The notes below the pieces were generated by a model that saw only the letters and a program-made list of their open reading frames with translations, did not search any database and was not told the DNA's origin. This document shows, piece by piece, positions 1 to 12,299 of a stretch of DNA of 64,000 bases. The stretch spans positions 317,998,001 through 318,062,000 of the forward strand of contig CM126204.1 in NCBI GenBank assembly GCA_052327205.1, given 5' to 3'. Made by a program: the position numbers and the translations under genes. This DNA comes from Somniosus microcephalus (Eukaryota). Numbering within the stretch: position 1 is the first letter of the stretch; every line of letters starts with the position of its first letter.

Positions 1-159
1 AAAAGGGAATTGGATAAACACTTGAGAGAGAAAAAATTGCAGGAGTGTCGGGAATGAGCAGGGGAGCGGGACTAACTCAATTGCTCTTGGAAAGTGCCTG
101 CGCAGACTCGATGGGCCGAATGGCCTCCTTCTCGGCTGTATTATTCTATGATTCTATGA
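1..159 (+). mobile_element. CR1-clade LINE 3' end
   Basis: End of ORF2 (..RELDKHL..), gggccgaatggcct 3' motif and (attctatg)n tail at ~143-159. Confidence 0.85.
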
Positions 160-2846
160 AGTGGTTGTATTAACAGAGACATGGTTCAAACATGGTTCTT
201 TATATTCCTGGTTACCAAGTATTCTGGGCTGATAGAGAAGAAAATAGAGTAGGGTGCGAGGCACTATTGATTAAGGATGATATTACAGTTGCAAATAGAA
301 AGGATATACTAGATGGTTCTAGTACTGAATCTATTTGGCTTGAGTTGAGGAACAGAGGAAGAGCTGTTGCATTGTTGGAAGTTTTGTGTCAAGCTCCAAA
401 CAGTGAGAAGGAGATAGGTGAGCAAATTTGTCGGCATATTTCAAAGACGTATAACAAAAATAGACTAGTAATATTAGGAGACTTTAATTATCCTAATATA
501 GACTGGGAAAAATATAGTGCTGGGGTAGGGAAGGAGAGGAATTTCTCATATGATATGTGTACATGAGAACTTTCTTGATCAATATGTCTCCAGTCCAAGA
601 AGGAAAGAAGCAGTGTTGGATCTGGTTCTGGGAAAAAGAAGTAGGACAAGTGGAGTGTGTTACAGTAGGAGATCATCTAGCTAACAATGACCACAACAGA
701 ATTCGGTTTAAAGTAATTATGGAAAAAGACCAGAAAATATCGACTGTAAAAATGCTAAACTGGGGAAGAGCTCATTTCAGTGATTTAAGAAGGGACCTAA
801 GCACAGGTAGATTGGAAAAGGTGATTGCAGGTAAAGCAGTAACAGAGCAATGGAGAGCATTCAGGTCAGAGATAGTTCAGGTACAAACTGGGCATATTCC
901 TTTGAAGGGAAAAGGTAGAGCATGCAAAGCTAATGTGCCCTGGACAACAAAGGAAATAAAAGTTAAAATAAAACAAAAAAAGGAGGCTCGTGACAAATGT
1001 CAAGAGCAAGATTCAGTTACTAACCAGGAAGATTATGGAAAGTGCAGGAGGGAATTGAAAAAGTTAATATGGGAGGCAAAGAGAGGTTATAAGAAAAGAT
1101 TAGCAGGCAACATTAAATTGAACCCTAAAACATTTTATAAACATATAAAGTGCAAGTAGTTAGCTGGGGAAAAATTTGGGCCTATTAATGAGCCAAAGGG
1201 AACTCTTCATGTAGAGGCAGAGGACATGGCAGAAGTCAATGAGTACTTTGCATCTGTCTTCATAAAGGAAGCGGATGATGTGGAAGTTACACTAAAACAG
1301 GAGAGGGAAGTTATGGACGGTATAGTAATAGATAGAGAAGTCGGACTAAAAGGATTAGCATTACTTAAAGTTGGTAAGTCACTTGGTCCAGATGGAATAC
1401 ATCCTAGGTTGTGGAAAGAAGCAAAGGCAGAAATAGCAGAGGCATTGGACACAATCTTTCAATCCTTATTGGATATAGGAGTAGTGCCGGAGGACTGAAG
1501 GTTTGCTAATGTTATACCACTATTCAAGAAAGGGGAGAGGGATAAACCAGGTAACTACAGGCCAGTCAGCCTAACATCGGTGGTGGGGAAGTTATTGGAA
1601 ACCGTTATCAGGGACAAATTCATTAATTTCAGTTAATCAAGGAGCGTTAAAGGCAAATCGTGTCTCACTAACTTGATGGGATTCTTTGATGAGGTAACAG
1701 AGAAGGTTGATCATGGTAGTGCAGTAGATGTATATATGGACTTTCGGAAGGTATTCAACAAAGTGCCACACAGGAGGCTTATTAAGAAGATGGAAGCCCA
1801 TGGGATTAAGGGGAAAGTGGCAGTATGGATACAAAATTGGCTCAGTGATGGGAAGCAAAGAGTAGTGGTGGATGGATGTTTCTCAGACTGGGACATGGTT
1901 TGCAGTGATTCTCTCCAAGGGTCAGTTTTGGGTTCATTACTCTTTGCAATGTTTATAAATGACCTAGACTCGGGTGTAGGGAGCAACATTATAAAGTTTG
2001 CAGATTATATGAAACTTGGTAAAGTAGCAGATAGTGATGAGGATAGTTATAAGCTTCAGGATGACATAGACAGGCTGGTGAAATGGGCAGAAGCGTGGCA
2101 GATGGTGTTCAATGTGTGAAGTGATGCACTTTGGGAGGACTAATATGGAAAGACAGTATACTATAAATGGCACAATTTTGAAAAGTGTAGATGTGCAGAG
2201 AGACTTTGGTGTCCATTTATACTGATGTTTAAAGGGGGCACAGTAAGTTGATAAGGCGATTAAAAAAGTGTATGGGTTACTTGGGTTTATAAATAGAGGA
2301 ATAGAATATAAAAGCAAAGAGATCATGCTAGAACTTTATAAATCTCTGGTTAGGCCTCAGCTGGAGTATTGTGGACAATTCTGGGCACCACACTTCAGGA
2401 AAGATGTAGAGGAATTAGAAAGAGTTCAGAGAAAGTTTACCAGGATGTTTCCAGGGATGAGGGACTTTGGTTATGAGGAGAGGTTGGCAAAGTTAGGACT
2501 GTTCTCCCTGGAACAGAGAAGGTTAAGAGGTGGCCGAATAGAGGTTTTCAAAATGATGAGATATTTTGATGGAGTAGATAAAGAAACATTATTCCCTCTG
2601 GCAAGTAGGTCAATAGATTCAAAATCATTGGCAAAAGATCGAGAGGGAAGATGAGGAGAAATGTTTTCACTTAGAGAGTTGTTGGGATCTGGAATGCTTC
2701 ACCTGAAAAGGTGGTGGTAGCTGATTCCATAAATAATTTTAAAAGGGAGTTGAGGATGAGGATTACGGACAAGAAGCAGGGGTAAAGGACTAAGCACAGG
2801 CACAATGGGCCGAATGGCCTGCTTCTGTGCTGTAAATTTCTATGAT
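160..2846 (+). mobile_element. Degenerate CR1 LINE (APE endonuclease + RT fragments)
   Basis: ORF fragments with [48 protein letters not shown]; many stops and frameshifts; CR1-type 3' end. Confidence 0.9.
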
Positions 2847-2904
2847 TAACGTCAGAAACAAACCCCAATTGTCTTTGAACAGCCATCTGAGCCATTAAGC
2901 CAGG

Positions 2905-3070
2905 GGCTCAGTTTAGTGTCTCATCTAACGAATGGTACCGCCAGCACTGCAGCACACTCTCGTACTGCACTGGAGTGTCAGCTGAGTTCGTCTGCTCAAA
3001 CTCTGGAGTGGGGCTTGAACCTACCACCTTCTCACACAGAGAGTAGATTGCTACCAACTGAGCCAAGCCA
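2905..3070 (-). mobile_element. tRNA-derived Deu-domain SINE (5' part)
   Basis: Minus strand reads ggctcagttggtagca (A box) ... ggttcaagccc (B box), then gctgacactccagtgcagtac; similar to copies at ~58.0 kb and ~61.0 kb. Confidence 0.75.
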
Positions 3071-4666
3071 ACACTCAGGTATACATAGTGCCATGGGGTG
3101 GTAGGACAAAGGCTTGTGAGCCCCATTTGCCCGATTTGGCAATTTAATGTTTTGCCAAGTGCTGAGCAGAGGATCAGAATGCGAAGCACCATATTGTTGA
3201 ACATCATTAAAGGTTGGCTCTTTGAAAGCTATTTCTCTGCAGTTTCTGTTATGACACAATTGTCCACAAATGCCAGCTGCTTAACAGTTGTTTTGATATT
3301 TTAAATTCAAATTACAGAGAAGACTAATTAAGTTAAATAAGCAGCATATTCATGGAAAGGTGTTCGTTGTTTGGAGACAAATCTAGAATCCAGCCGTGTG
3401 ACTATTTTACATGCCAGTGCCACCATGATGTGTTGGAATGCAATTTATGTTTGTTGTATTATATATTTGCAAACAGATGAGAATACGTTTGCAAAGCACT
3501 TTTTCATGAAAGCGCTATTCTTTAAACCTCAGTTGAGAATGGTGTACATTCAGATTCTTTGACATATTTCTGGGCATAGTTGACATTGGCTTGGTCTATC
3601 TTCTACTTTGAAAGCCACTATACATGCAAAACCTGTAATTTGACTGTGACAATCTTACAGGCTAGTGGCATTCAGAATAAATTAATCCTGGGTTAGGGCA
3701 GATGAAATGAAGATATCCAAATCTATTGAATATTAAGTGAACCCCATCAATAGGACACATATTGCTCCAGTATAACAATTATGTTTCCTAGGCTTTAAAT
3801 CCTCAAGACTTCTCAGCTGAATTTTCAACCTAGCTCCATTTGATGCTGACTGTGAGTTATATTTTGCTGTAAATCCATAAGGGCTATACATTGGATACAG
3901 TTTGCCAAATCTTATTTCACTTAGGATCTTGTAAAGATGACTATGTCATCTGAAATTGTTGGTTGCTGGCTTCAAGCCAGGAATAAACAGCAAAACATAT
4001 CTCTGAGGACAGCAGTCTTGCCATTTCAAGGCTCTTCCATACAACTCATACTCGCCCAACAGACAGTAGGGCAAAACATCTCCTTTAGCTGATACGAAAC
4101 AGGAGAGATGTTCACCGTATGTCTCTGGGCACAATTCAAATTCTTGGCTAACAAGTTGTGATTCCAATCTGCTGGAAAATAACATTTCAAAATAATACAT
4201 TTCTCAAATGTCAAAAGACATGTGATACAAAGAACTTTTCCACTCATCAATCTTTCCTCTGTCTTCACTTCATGGCTTGTAAGACGATATGATTCTATTA
4301 GCTCTTTTTTTTAACTTTTATAATGAACATTTTAAGAAAAAAGTAGGTTCAAATCCTGCTTTATTACATGCTGTTAATTCACTTAAGCATGAAGAAGACA
4401 TCTGGTGCTAGTTAATGGGTATTTCTTGGGGCAGTTCCATGAAGTCACTTTGTGAGCAGAATGCTGACATTCAGGCATTAGCACTACCAGATCCACCAAG
4501 CTTTGGAAAAACAATAGCCAGTCCTTTCATTCTGACTTTGATAATGTTGACTGTTAGAAGAGTCATATATTTTGTTTATGGCAGTAGATACCGAGAGAGA
4601 TGGGTGTTTATGCACACACACATGGAGAAGAGAAGGGAGAGATTTAGCTGGTATAAACACCAGATA

Positions 4667-4818
4667 CAATACAATACAATACAATACAAATCGCTTTATT
4701 GGCATGATAAGGTACATCTTATGTTGCCAAAGCATCAAAATACATTTATGGTTGAACACATAAACGCGTTTCCATTCATACAGTGTATAAACAGGTATAT
4801 CCCTGAGTTTATAAATAT
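4667..4818 (-). mobile_element. Short 5'-truncated copy (3' UTR + TATTG tail) of the adjacent RTE-X-like LINE
   Basis: Reverse complement of 8590-8740 with one mismatch; flanked by 8-bp direct repeat accagata (4659-4666, 4819-4826). Confidence 0.85.
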
Positions 4819-5001
4819 ACCAGATATTGAAATAATTAAAAATAAATGAAACCCACCTCTTTAGTGTTTCCTTTATTCCAAGTTTTCTAAATACAGAGAT
4901 CCTGCAAGTACAGTCCTGGCAGGTTCCATACTTGAAATTGTGCTGGTAAATTGATGATGTCATCACCAACCCACCTTTCACTTTTGCAACAGGGTATTTG
5001 G

Positions 5002-8000
5002 GGTGATCTTTTTTTTCCCCACACTTAGACACGACAAACACGTACCACTCTTTAACCTATCATAGAAAAAGATAAAACTTAACATGAAATCCTTATATAT
5101 TTCGACCTGGAATATCCAAGGTCTACGCTCTTCACTGCGAGAAGTGAAGAGTAGGACCCCAGAGTTCATAGAGGAAACTAAAGATCTAGATATTATAATT
5201 TTACAGGAAACTTGGTATAAAGGAAAAGGACACACCGGCTGTCCCCAAGGGTACACTGAGCTAGTGGTCCCCTCCAATAAATTACCAAGTGTAACCCAAG
5301 GCAGAGACTCCGGAGGCATACTGATCTGGTTTAAAACAGAACTTAAGAATTACATCAAATTTATAAAAAAGGGCGAAAACCATATGTGGCTCAAACTTGA
5401 GAGGGAGATTATCTCAAACACCCAAGATGTTTACATTTGCGCACTTTATATCCCTCCAATCGATTCCCCGTACTACAAAGAGGACACCTTCTCCAACATG
5501 GAGGGGGAAATTATCCAATACCAGGCCCAGGGGAACGTGTTGATCTGTGGGGACCTCAATTCAAGAACGGGCGAAGAACCAGACTTCACCAATAATCAGG
5601 GAAACAATTACGTATTCGGGAATAACCACTTTGACATCCCTTCCCTTCCATACAGGCATAACTGCGACAAGCAGTCAAATACCAACGGTAAACAGCTACT
5701 ACAGCTCTGTCGAAACCTGGGTCTGTACATTGTCAATGGTAGGTTCATAGGAGACCTCCTAGGAAGATCGACCTACTGCTCACCTCTTGGCTGCAGCACA
5801 GTAGACTATATGATTACAGACTTGGACCCATCCTCTTTCAGAGCATTCACAGTCAAACCACAAACAACACTGTCAGATCACAGTCAAATTACTATGTTTC
5901 TCAAAAAGACAGAAACAAACAACATAGAAACACAACCCAGTAAACTGTACAACACCAAAAAAATCGTACAGATGGGCCAAAAACGACACGGAAAAATACC
6001 AGAAAACAATTAGCAATGCATCAACTCAAGCTCTCTTAGACACCTTTCTGGATAACATATACACTCACAATAAAGAAGGCGTAAACTGGGCAGTTAGTAA
6101 ACTAAACAATATTTTTGATAATTTGGCAACAAATGCAAACTTGAAAGCTCGCAAGAACAAACCCAAAACAAAAAACTATGAAAAATGGTTTGACCATGAT
6201 TGCCATAACATGAGGAAAAAACTTAGAAAACTATCAAACCAAAAACACAGACATCCAGAAAACGAGGAATTACGCCTTACTTATTGTCAGACGCTAACAC
6301 AATACAGAAACACACTCAGGACCAAAAAAGAGCAATTTATTAAGAATACACTCAGCTCCATGGAGGAATCCATTGAGTCGAATTGTTTCTGGGACAACTT
6401 GAAAACACTACACAAAAAACAACACGACGATTTGTCCATTCAAAATGGGGACACATGGGTAAACCACTTTGAAAAATTATACCAGAAAAACACACTAGGA
6501 CCAGAGCAACACCAAATACGCAAAAAACTTGAAAAGCTTGAAATGGCCATAAAAGATAACCAAAACCCGCTAGACGCCATAATAACAGAAAAAGAACTTC
6601 TTGAAAAACTCAAGGACCTGCGACCAGGAAAAGCTTGCGGGACAGACGGCATACTAAACGAGATGATTAAACACGCAGACGACAAACTGAAACTGGCTAT
6701 CCTAAAACTCTTCAACTTGGTTCTGAGTGTCGGTTATTTCCCTGACATCTGGAACAAAGGACTCATAACACCCATATACAAAAGTGGGGACAAAATCGAC
6801 CCAAACAACTATCGAGGCATCTGTGTAAACAGTAACCTGGGGAAGGTATTCTGTAGCATCATAAACAAAAGACTTATAAACTTCCTTGAAGAGCACAATG
6901 TCTTGAGTAAAAGCCAAATTGGATTCCTGCCAAACTATAGAACATCCGATCATATCTTCACCCTACAGACCCTAATTGACAAACACGTTCACCATAACAA
7001 AAGCAAAATCTACGCATGCTTTGTAGATTTCCAGAAGGCTTTCGACTCCATCTGGCATGACGGTTTATTCCTGAAACTTATCGAAAGCGGGGTAGGAGGG
7101 AAAACATATGATGTAATTAAATCAATGTATACAAACAATAAATGTGCAGTTAAAATTGGAGACAAACAAACAAAATACTTCCCACAGGGGCGGGGGGTGA
7201 CGCAGGGCTCGCCAATCTCACCGACACTCTTTAATATTTACATTAATGGATTGGCAAAACTACTTGAACAATCTACAGCACCCGGCCTCACCCTATATGA
7301 ATCCAAGGTTAAATTCCTCCTCTATGCCGACGACCTGGTTCTGCTGTCACCAACTAAGGAGGGTCTACAGCAGAACCTGGACCTGCTGGAGTCGTACTGC
7401 CAGACTTGGGCCCTGACAATAAATCCCCAAAAAACCAAAGTCCTTGTGTTCCAGCAAAGATCCAAACAACATGGACCCACAATAAATTTCACAGTAGGAA
7501 CAACCAAAATTGAACAAACCACTCACTACACATACTTGGGCTTAAAAATCAGTTCTACGGGAAACTTCAAACTGGCTGTGAATGAACTGAAAGAGAAAGC
7601 AAGAAGGGCTTTCTATGCCATCAAAAAATCAATCCAAATAGAAATCCCAATTAGCATTTGGCTCAAAATTTTCAAATCAGTAATTGAACCAATTGCACTC
7701 TATGGCAGTGAGGTCTGGGGACCACTAACACAACAAGATTTTGCAAAATGGGACAAACACCCAATTGAGATCCTACATGCGGAATTCTGTAAAAGTATCC
7801 TCCGGACTCAAAGGAAAACAGTAAACAACGCATGCAGGGCGGAACTAGGCCAATACCCATTAATAATCACTATCCAAAAAAGAGCCACCAAATTTTGGAA
7901 TCACCTACAAATGAGCAACCCCCAATGCTATCACTACGACGCCCTGAAATGCCAAGAGCTGACCATAAAGAAGAATACCCTCAGTCAACTAGTCCTGGGA

Positions 8001-8740
8001 CTCAATAAAGTAACTAATAACAATACTAACAATAACCAGCCCCAGGACAGTGACAGGGTAACACAAAGAATTCGACCCAACACAATCGTCGCTAAGCAAA
8101 AGGAAAAATATCTGTCATATTGGGCAGAAACAACAAAAACCCAAAGCAAACTCAATTGCTACTTGGCCCTAAACAGACAATACAACATAGCTGATTACCT
8201 GACCATGGTAAAGGATAACAAACTGAGAAGAACCTTGACAAGGTACAGACTTAGCGAACATAGCCTAGCGATCGAAAAAGGCAGACACAGGCAGACCAGG
8301 CTGCCAAGAGAAGACAGGATATGCTCTCACTGCAGTCAGGGAGTAGTTGAGACAGAGATGCACTTCCTCACAGCCTGTGGAAAATATCAGGGCATCAGAG
8401 AGAATTTCTATCAAAAATTCTCACAAATATGCCCTGAATTCAGAAATCTGACTGACAACCAAAAACTCCCATTCCTACTGGGGGAGGAGAGAAGCTGTGT
8501 AACACTGGCGGCACACTATGTTACAGCTTGCCATGAACAGAGGGACAACCAGTAAACTAAGACAAGAGTATATATAAACAAGGCGAAAATATATTTATAA
8601 ACTCAGGGATATACCTGTTTATACACTGTATGAATGGAACCGCGTTTATGTGTTCAACCATAAATGTATTTTGATGCTTTGGCAACATAAGATGTACCTT
8701 ATCATGCCAATAAAGCGATTTGTATTGTATTGTATTGTAT
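5002..8740 (+). mobile_element. Young non-LTR retrotransposon, probably RTE-X clade
   Basis: APE + RT + C-terminal CCHC; (tattg)n tail at 8721-8740; candidate 8-bp TSD gtatttgg (4994-5001, 8737-8744). The clade call rests on motif recognition only. Confidence 0.85.
5084..8555 (+). CDS. ORF2 polyprotein (APE endonuclease-RT-zinc knuckle), split by one frameshift in the A7 run at 5957-5963
   Basis: WNIQGL, LQETW, GDLNSR, SDH (APE); FVDFQKAFDS, QGSPISP, LLYADD (RT); CSHC..ETEMHFLTAC. Removing one A joins the two ORFs (..NTKKSYRWAK..). Confidence 0.9.
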
Positions 8741-9017
8741 TTGGAACCCAAATGAAAATCTTCTCTATGGATGGATGCATCATTATAGCCAATTTCTGAC
8801 ACTTCAAACTTTTAATGAAGCGAGATCCTACAATCCTAGCTGAAGCACCACAAGATAATTACAGATGATAAAGGCCATTCAGCCCATTTTAATTCATCCA
8901 GCGAGAAAGACCATAAGGTATGCTGTTGTAGCATTCAATTGTTTTTTAATTGATTCCAGGGTGTTAACCTCCATTATTTTATACGGAAATCTACTCCATG
9001 TGGTGATCACTCAGTTA

Positions 9018-9166
9018 GGCTCATTTTAATTTTTGCCGATAGTGTATAACGGGCAACGTCGGATCGGCCGCCTATTGCACACCTCTCCTGCTTTTCCTTT
9101 CCAGGTATGACGAGCGGTCATCGCTATTTCCCATTTTACACTATCGGCAACAGTTAAAATTATTCT
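9018..9166. mobile_element. Small palindromic MITE
   Basis: ttttaatttttgccgatagtgtataacggg is an imperfect inverted repeat of cccattttacactatcggcaacagttaaaat. Confidence 0.65.
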
Positions 9167-9333
9167 CATTATGTGAAGAACTTCCTGATTTCAGTCCCAA
9201 CTTTATATTTTACTAGTTTGAACCTGTGTCCTCAATTATACTCACAATTTAGTTTAAAGTTAAATTCCAGATTTACCTTTCCGATTCCCTTAACTATCTT
9301 ATATACATCTATAAAACACATCTCAGACAGAGT

Positions 9334-9758
9334 GGGTTGAATTTTCACTTTTACTGCAGGGCAGAAAATGTACGATAACAAATTGATCCCCTGTTTTATA
9401 CCCAGCCCGTTTTATACCCCGCCCGTTATATACTCCGCCCGTTATATACCCCACCCATTTATACTCTGCCCATTCTATACCTTGCCCGTTTTAGACCCTG
9501 CCCGTTTTAGACCCCGCCTGTTTTTATACCCCGCCCATTTTATACCCCGCCTGTTTTATACTCTGCCCATTGTATACCTCACCTGTTTTATACCCCGCCT
9601 ATTAAATACTCCACCCGTTTTTATATCCCACCCGTTTTATGCCCCGACCTATTGTCGTTTCCATTTACTTCAGAATCAAGTGTAAAAAAAGTGTAAAATT
9701 TGCAGCCAATCTGCCACCATCCGTTTACTGCCTGTCGGCAAAAGTGCAAATTCACCCC
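9334..9758. mobile_element. MITE with internal ~17-bp tandem array
   Basis: Ends gggttgaattttcactttt / aaaagtgcaaattcacccc; degenerate (ccgttttataccccgc-like)n at ~9390-9650. Confidence 0.65.
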
Positions 9759-10745
9759 TTTTCCAAGCCAACAACCTTTCTCCAGTCTTTCATCATAACT
9801 CAGACCTTTAACCCTCAGGATTAGTCTCATGCCTCTTTTCTGCACTGCTTCTAGGACTAGACTGTCTTCTGTGTGTCTCAGTGACCACAAGTTAACATAA
9901 TATTGAAAGTATGATCTGACCAGAGTAGTGCAGTTTTATTGCAACTTCCTTTAATTTATATTCAATTGTTTTTGGTTATGTAGTTCAACATGCTATTGTC
10001 GTTCTTGATTGCTGCTCTACATTGGTTGAACAAGTTAAATGTTGAGTCTACTAAGACTCCTACATCTCTTTCAACTTCATCCGTAACTTTTTCAACACCA
10101 TTCATAGAATATGTATGTTGCCCATTTTTCCTTCCAATGTGCAGTACATTAGAGTTGTCTGCGTTAAATTTCATCTACCGTTATTCTGCCCACGCACATA
10201 TTTTTCCATCTCATTCTGTAATTTCTGAGCTGCTTCTAATTCCACTGCCCTTGCTAGTTTGGTATGATCTGCAAATTTGGCCAATTTGCCTCAGGTTTCT
10301 GAATCCAAGTCAATGGCTTGGATTTTGCAGTCAGCGGCGAAGTGACGGCATTCACCGCTGACCTTGAAGAAAGCTGCCCACAAAGTTTTAGCGGGCTCTG
10401 TGTCATCGATTTCCCCTTTCCCCACATGACATTCCGTCAGGTGCCATCTATAGGGGATCTGCGGTGCCCAGCAACAGTGATGTCATTGGTGTTTTTGGGA
10501 CTGGAAGGCTGGTTCCAGTGGGGTTCCGCTGGGTTCAGTACCAGTCCCTTGCATTTCGTGGTATATATCAATGATTTAGACTTCAATGTAGGGGGCATGA
10601 TTAAGAAGTTTGCAGATGATACAAAAATTAGCCGTGTGGTTGATAGTGAGGGAGTAAGCTGTAGACTGCAGGAAGATATTAATGGACTGGTCAGGTGGGC
10701 AGAAAAGTGGCAAATGGAATTCAATCTGGAGAAGTGTGAGATAAT

Positions 10746-11496
10746 GGCCCAGAAATTCGGGTCCCAACGCGTGAGTACGGACGGAGTACTCACGCGTGGA
10801 CCCGATGGAAGTGCCGGTTTCTTGCATGCACTACGCATGCGCGGGAAACCGGCATTTCCGATCCGCTGAACCAAGGGGTTCAGAGGTCGAACGCGTGCAG
10901 GAGTCTGCGTGTGCGCGTTGAACTTCCTTTTTTTTTACAGGTTTGCCCGTGCGTGAAGGCCTCTACTTATTGCACATCTAAAAACCAGGCATAAGGATTT
11001 CAAGTGGTCAATTAATTAAAATTAGAACATTTTTTCCACAGGTTTATTATTTTTAAATACTTTACAGTAAGGTAAGTGTATTTTTAGCCCCGATTTTTTA
11101 TAAAATTATTTTTTTCAAAAATTTAAATTATTGTTTAAAATAGTTATTTAATGTTATTTATAGTTGATTTAAATAGTGTGATTTTTTTTTCAAATTTATT
11201 TTAAGGTTAAGTACTGTTTTGGGCGCCCAGAGTTTTCATGAGTTTGGACAGTTCTTTCTGTCAAACTCATGAATGGACTTTTCCCTCCTCCGATTGGCTG
11301 CCTAGTGCTCACGTGATCCCAGCCGACGCATCGCACTAAGTACGCCGCTGGATCACGCAAGCACAGCGCGCCGGGAGCTGGACCGGGCCACAGACAGGAA
11401 ATCCACGCAGGCCCAGGCCTCAACTGCCGGCGCGCTAGGTAAGTGTAGGTCGGGGGCTTGCACCCGCGGGAAGCCCCCGACATGAATTTCTGGGCC
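10746..11496. mobile_element. Harbinger-type MITE, copy 1
   Basis: Perfect 13-bp TIR ggcccagaaattc / gaatttctgggcc; 3-bp TSD aat; excising it restores the CR1 sequence. Confidence 0.9.
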
Positions 11497-11537
11497 AATG
11501 CATTTAGGGAGGGCTAATAGGCAAGGGAATACACAAT

Positions 11538-12299
11538 GGCCCAGAAATTCGGGTCTGCACGGGTGAGTATGCGCTGGTACTCACCCTTAAGCCCAATGGA
11601 AGTGCCGGTTTCCTGCATGCACTGCGCATGCGTGGGAAACCGGTATTTCCGTTCCCCTGAAAGCAGGGGTTCAGAGGTCGAACGCGTGTGCGGGAGAGGC
11701 TGCGCGTGCGCATCGAACTTGCGTTTTTTTTGCAGGTTTTCCTGGGAGAGTAAGTCTCCAGAAGTTACACATTTAAAAAGCAGGCGTAAGGTCTGCTTTT
11801 TACAAGGTAAGTGGTGAATTAATTAAAATTAAAACATTTTTTCCAAGGTTTATTATTTTTAAATACTTTAAAGAAAGGTAAGTTCATTTTTAGCCCCGTT
11901 AGAAAATAAAATTATTTCTTTCAAAAATTTAAATTATTGTTTAAAATAGTTATCCCATGTAATTTATAATTTATTTAAAAAATATGATTAAAAAAAAAAA
12001 TTATTTGAAGATTTAGTGATGTTTTGGGGCCCGTAGTATCTCTAAGTTTGACAGCACTTCCTGTCAAACTTATGAATGGAGCATTCCCTGCTCCGATTGG
12101 CTCCCCATGGCCCACGTGATCCCAGGGAACGCATCGAACTAACTGCGCCCCTGGGATACGCAAGCACTGTGTGCCGGCAGCTGGAGCAGGCCCAGGATTG
12201 GATTTCCATGGGGGTCCACAGCTCAACGGCCGACGCGCAAGGTAAGTGCAGGTTGGGGGCTTACACCCGCGGGAAGCCCCCAACCTGAATTTCTGGGCC
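11538..12299. mobile_element. Harbinger-type MITE, copy 2
   Basis: Same TIR and TSD aat; homologous to copy 1 and in the same orientation. Confidence 0.9.

Larger units (their letters stand above)
8860..10313 (-). mobile_element. Old CR1-type LINE remnant; it appears to resume at ~22616
   Basis: Minus-strand peptides MKFNADNSNVLHIGRKN, ERDVGVLVD, LEAVQKRGMRLI; broken by later insertions. Confidence 0.7.

Noticed and set aside
2990-3070. tRNA gene
   Set aside because: The A/B boxes continue into a SINE body; this is a SINE head, not a tRNA
3946-4268. Minus-strand ORFs after a ttttccag acceptor
   Set aside because: No recognisable protein and no convincing donor
4664-8740. A new class of TIR-flanked retroelement encoding APE-RT
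   Set aside because: The inverted arm is the LINE's own 3' UTR and tail and has its own TSD, so two insertions is the simpler reading; kept as the paired-insertion finding
9390-9650. CRISPR-like array
   Set aside because: Degenerate head-to-tail units with no unique spacers, in a eukaryotic context with no cas genes
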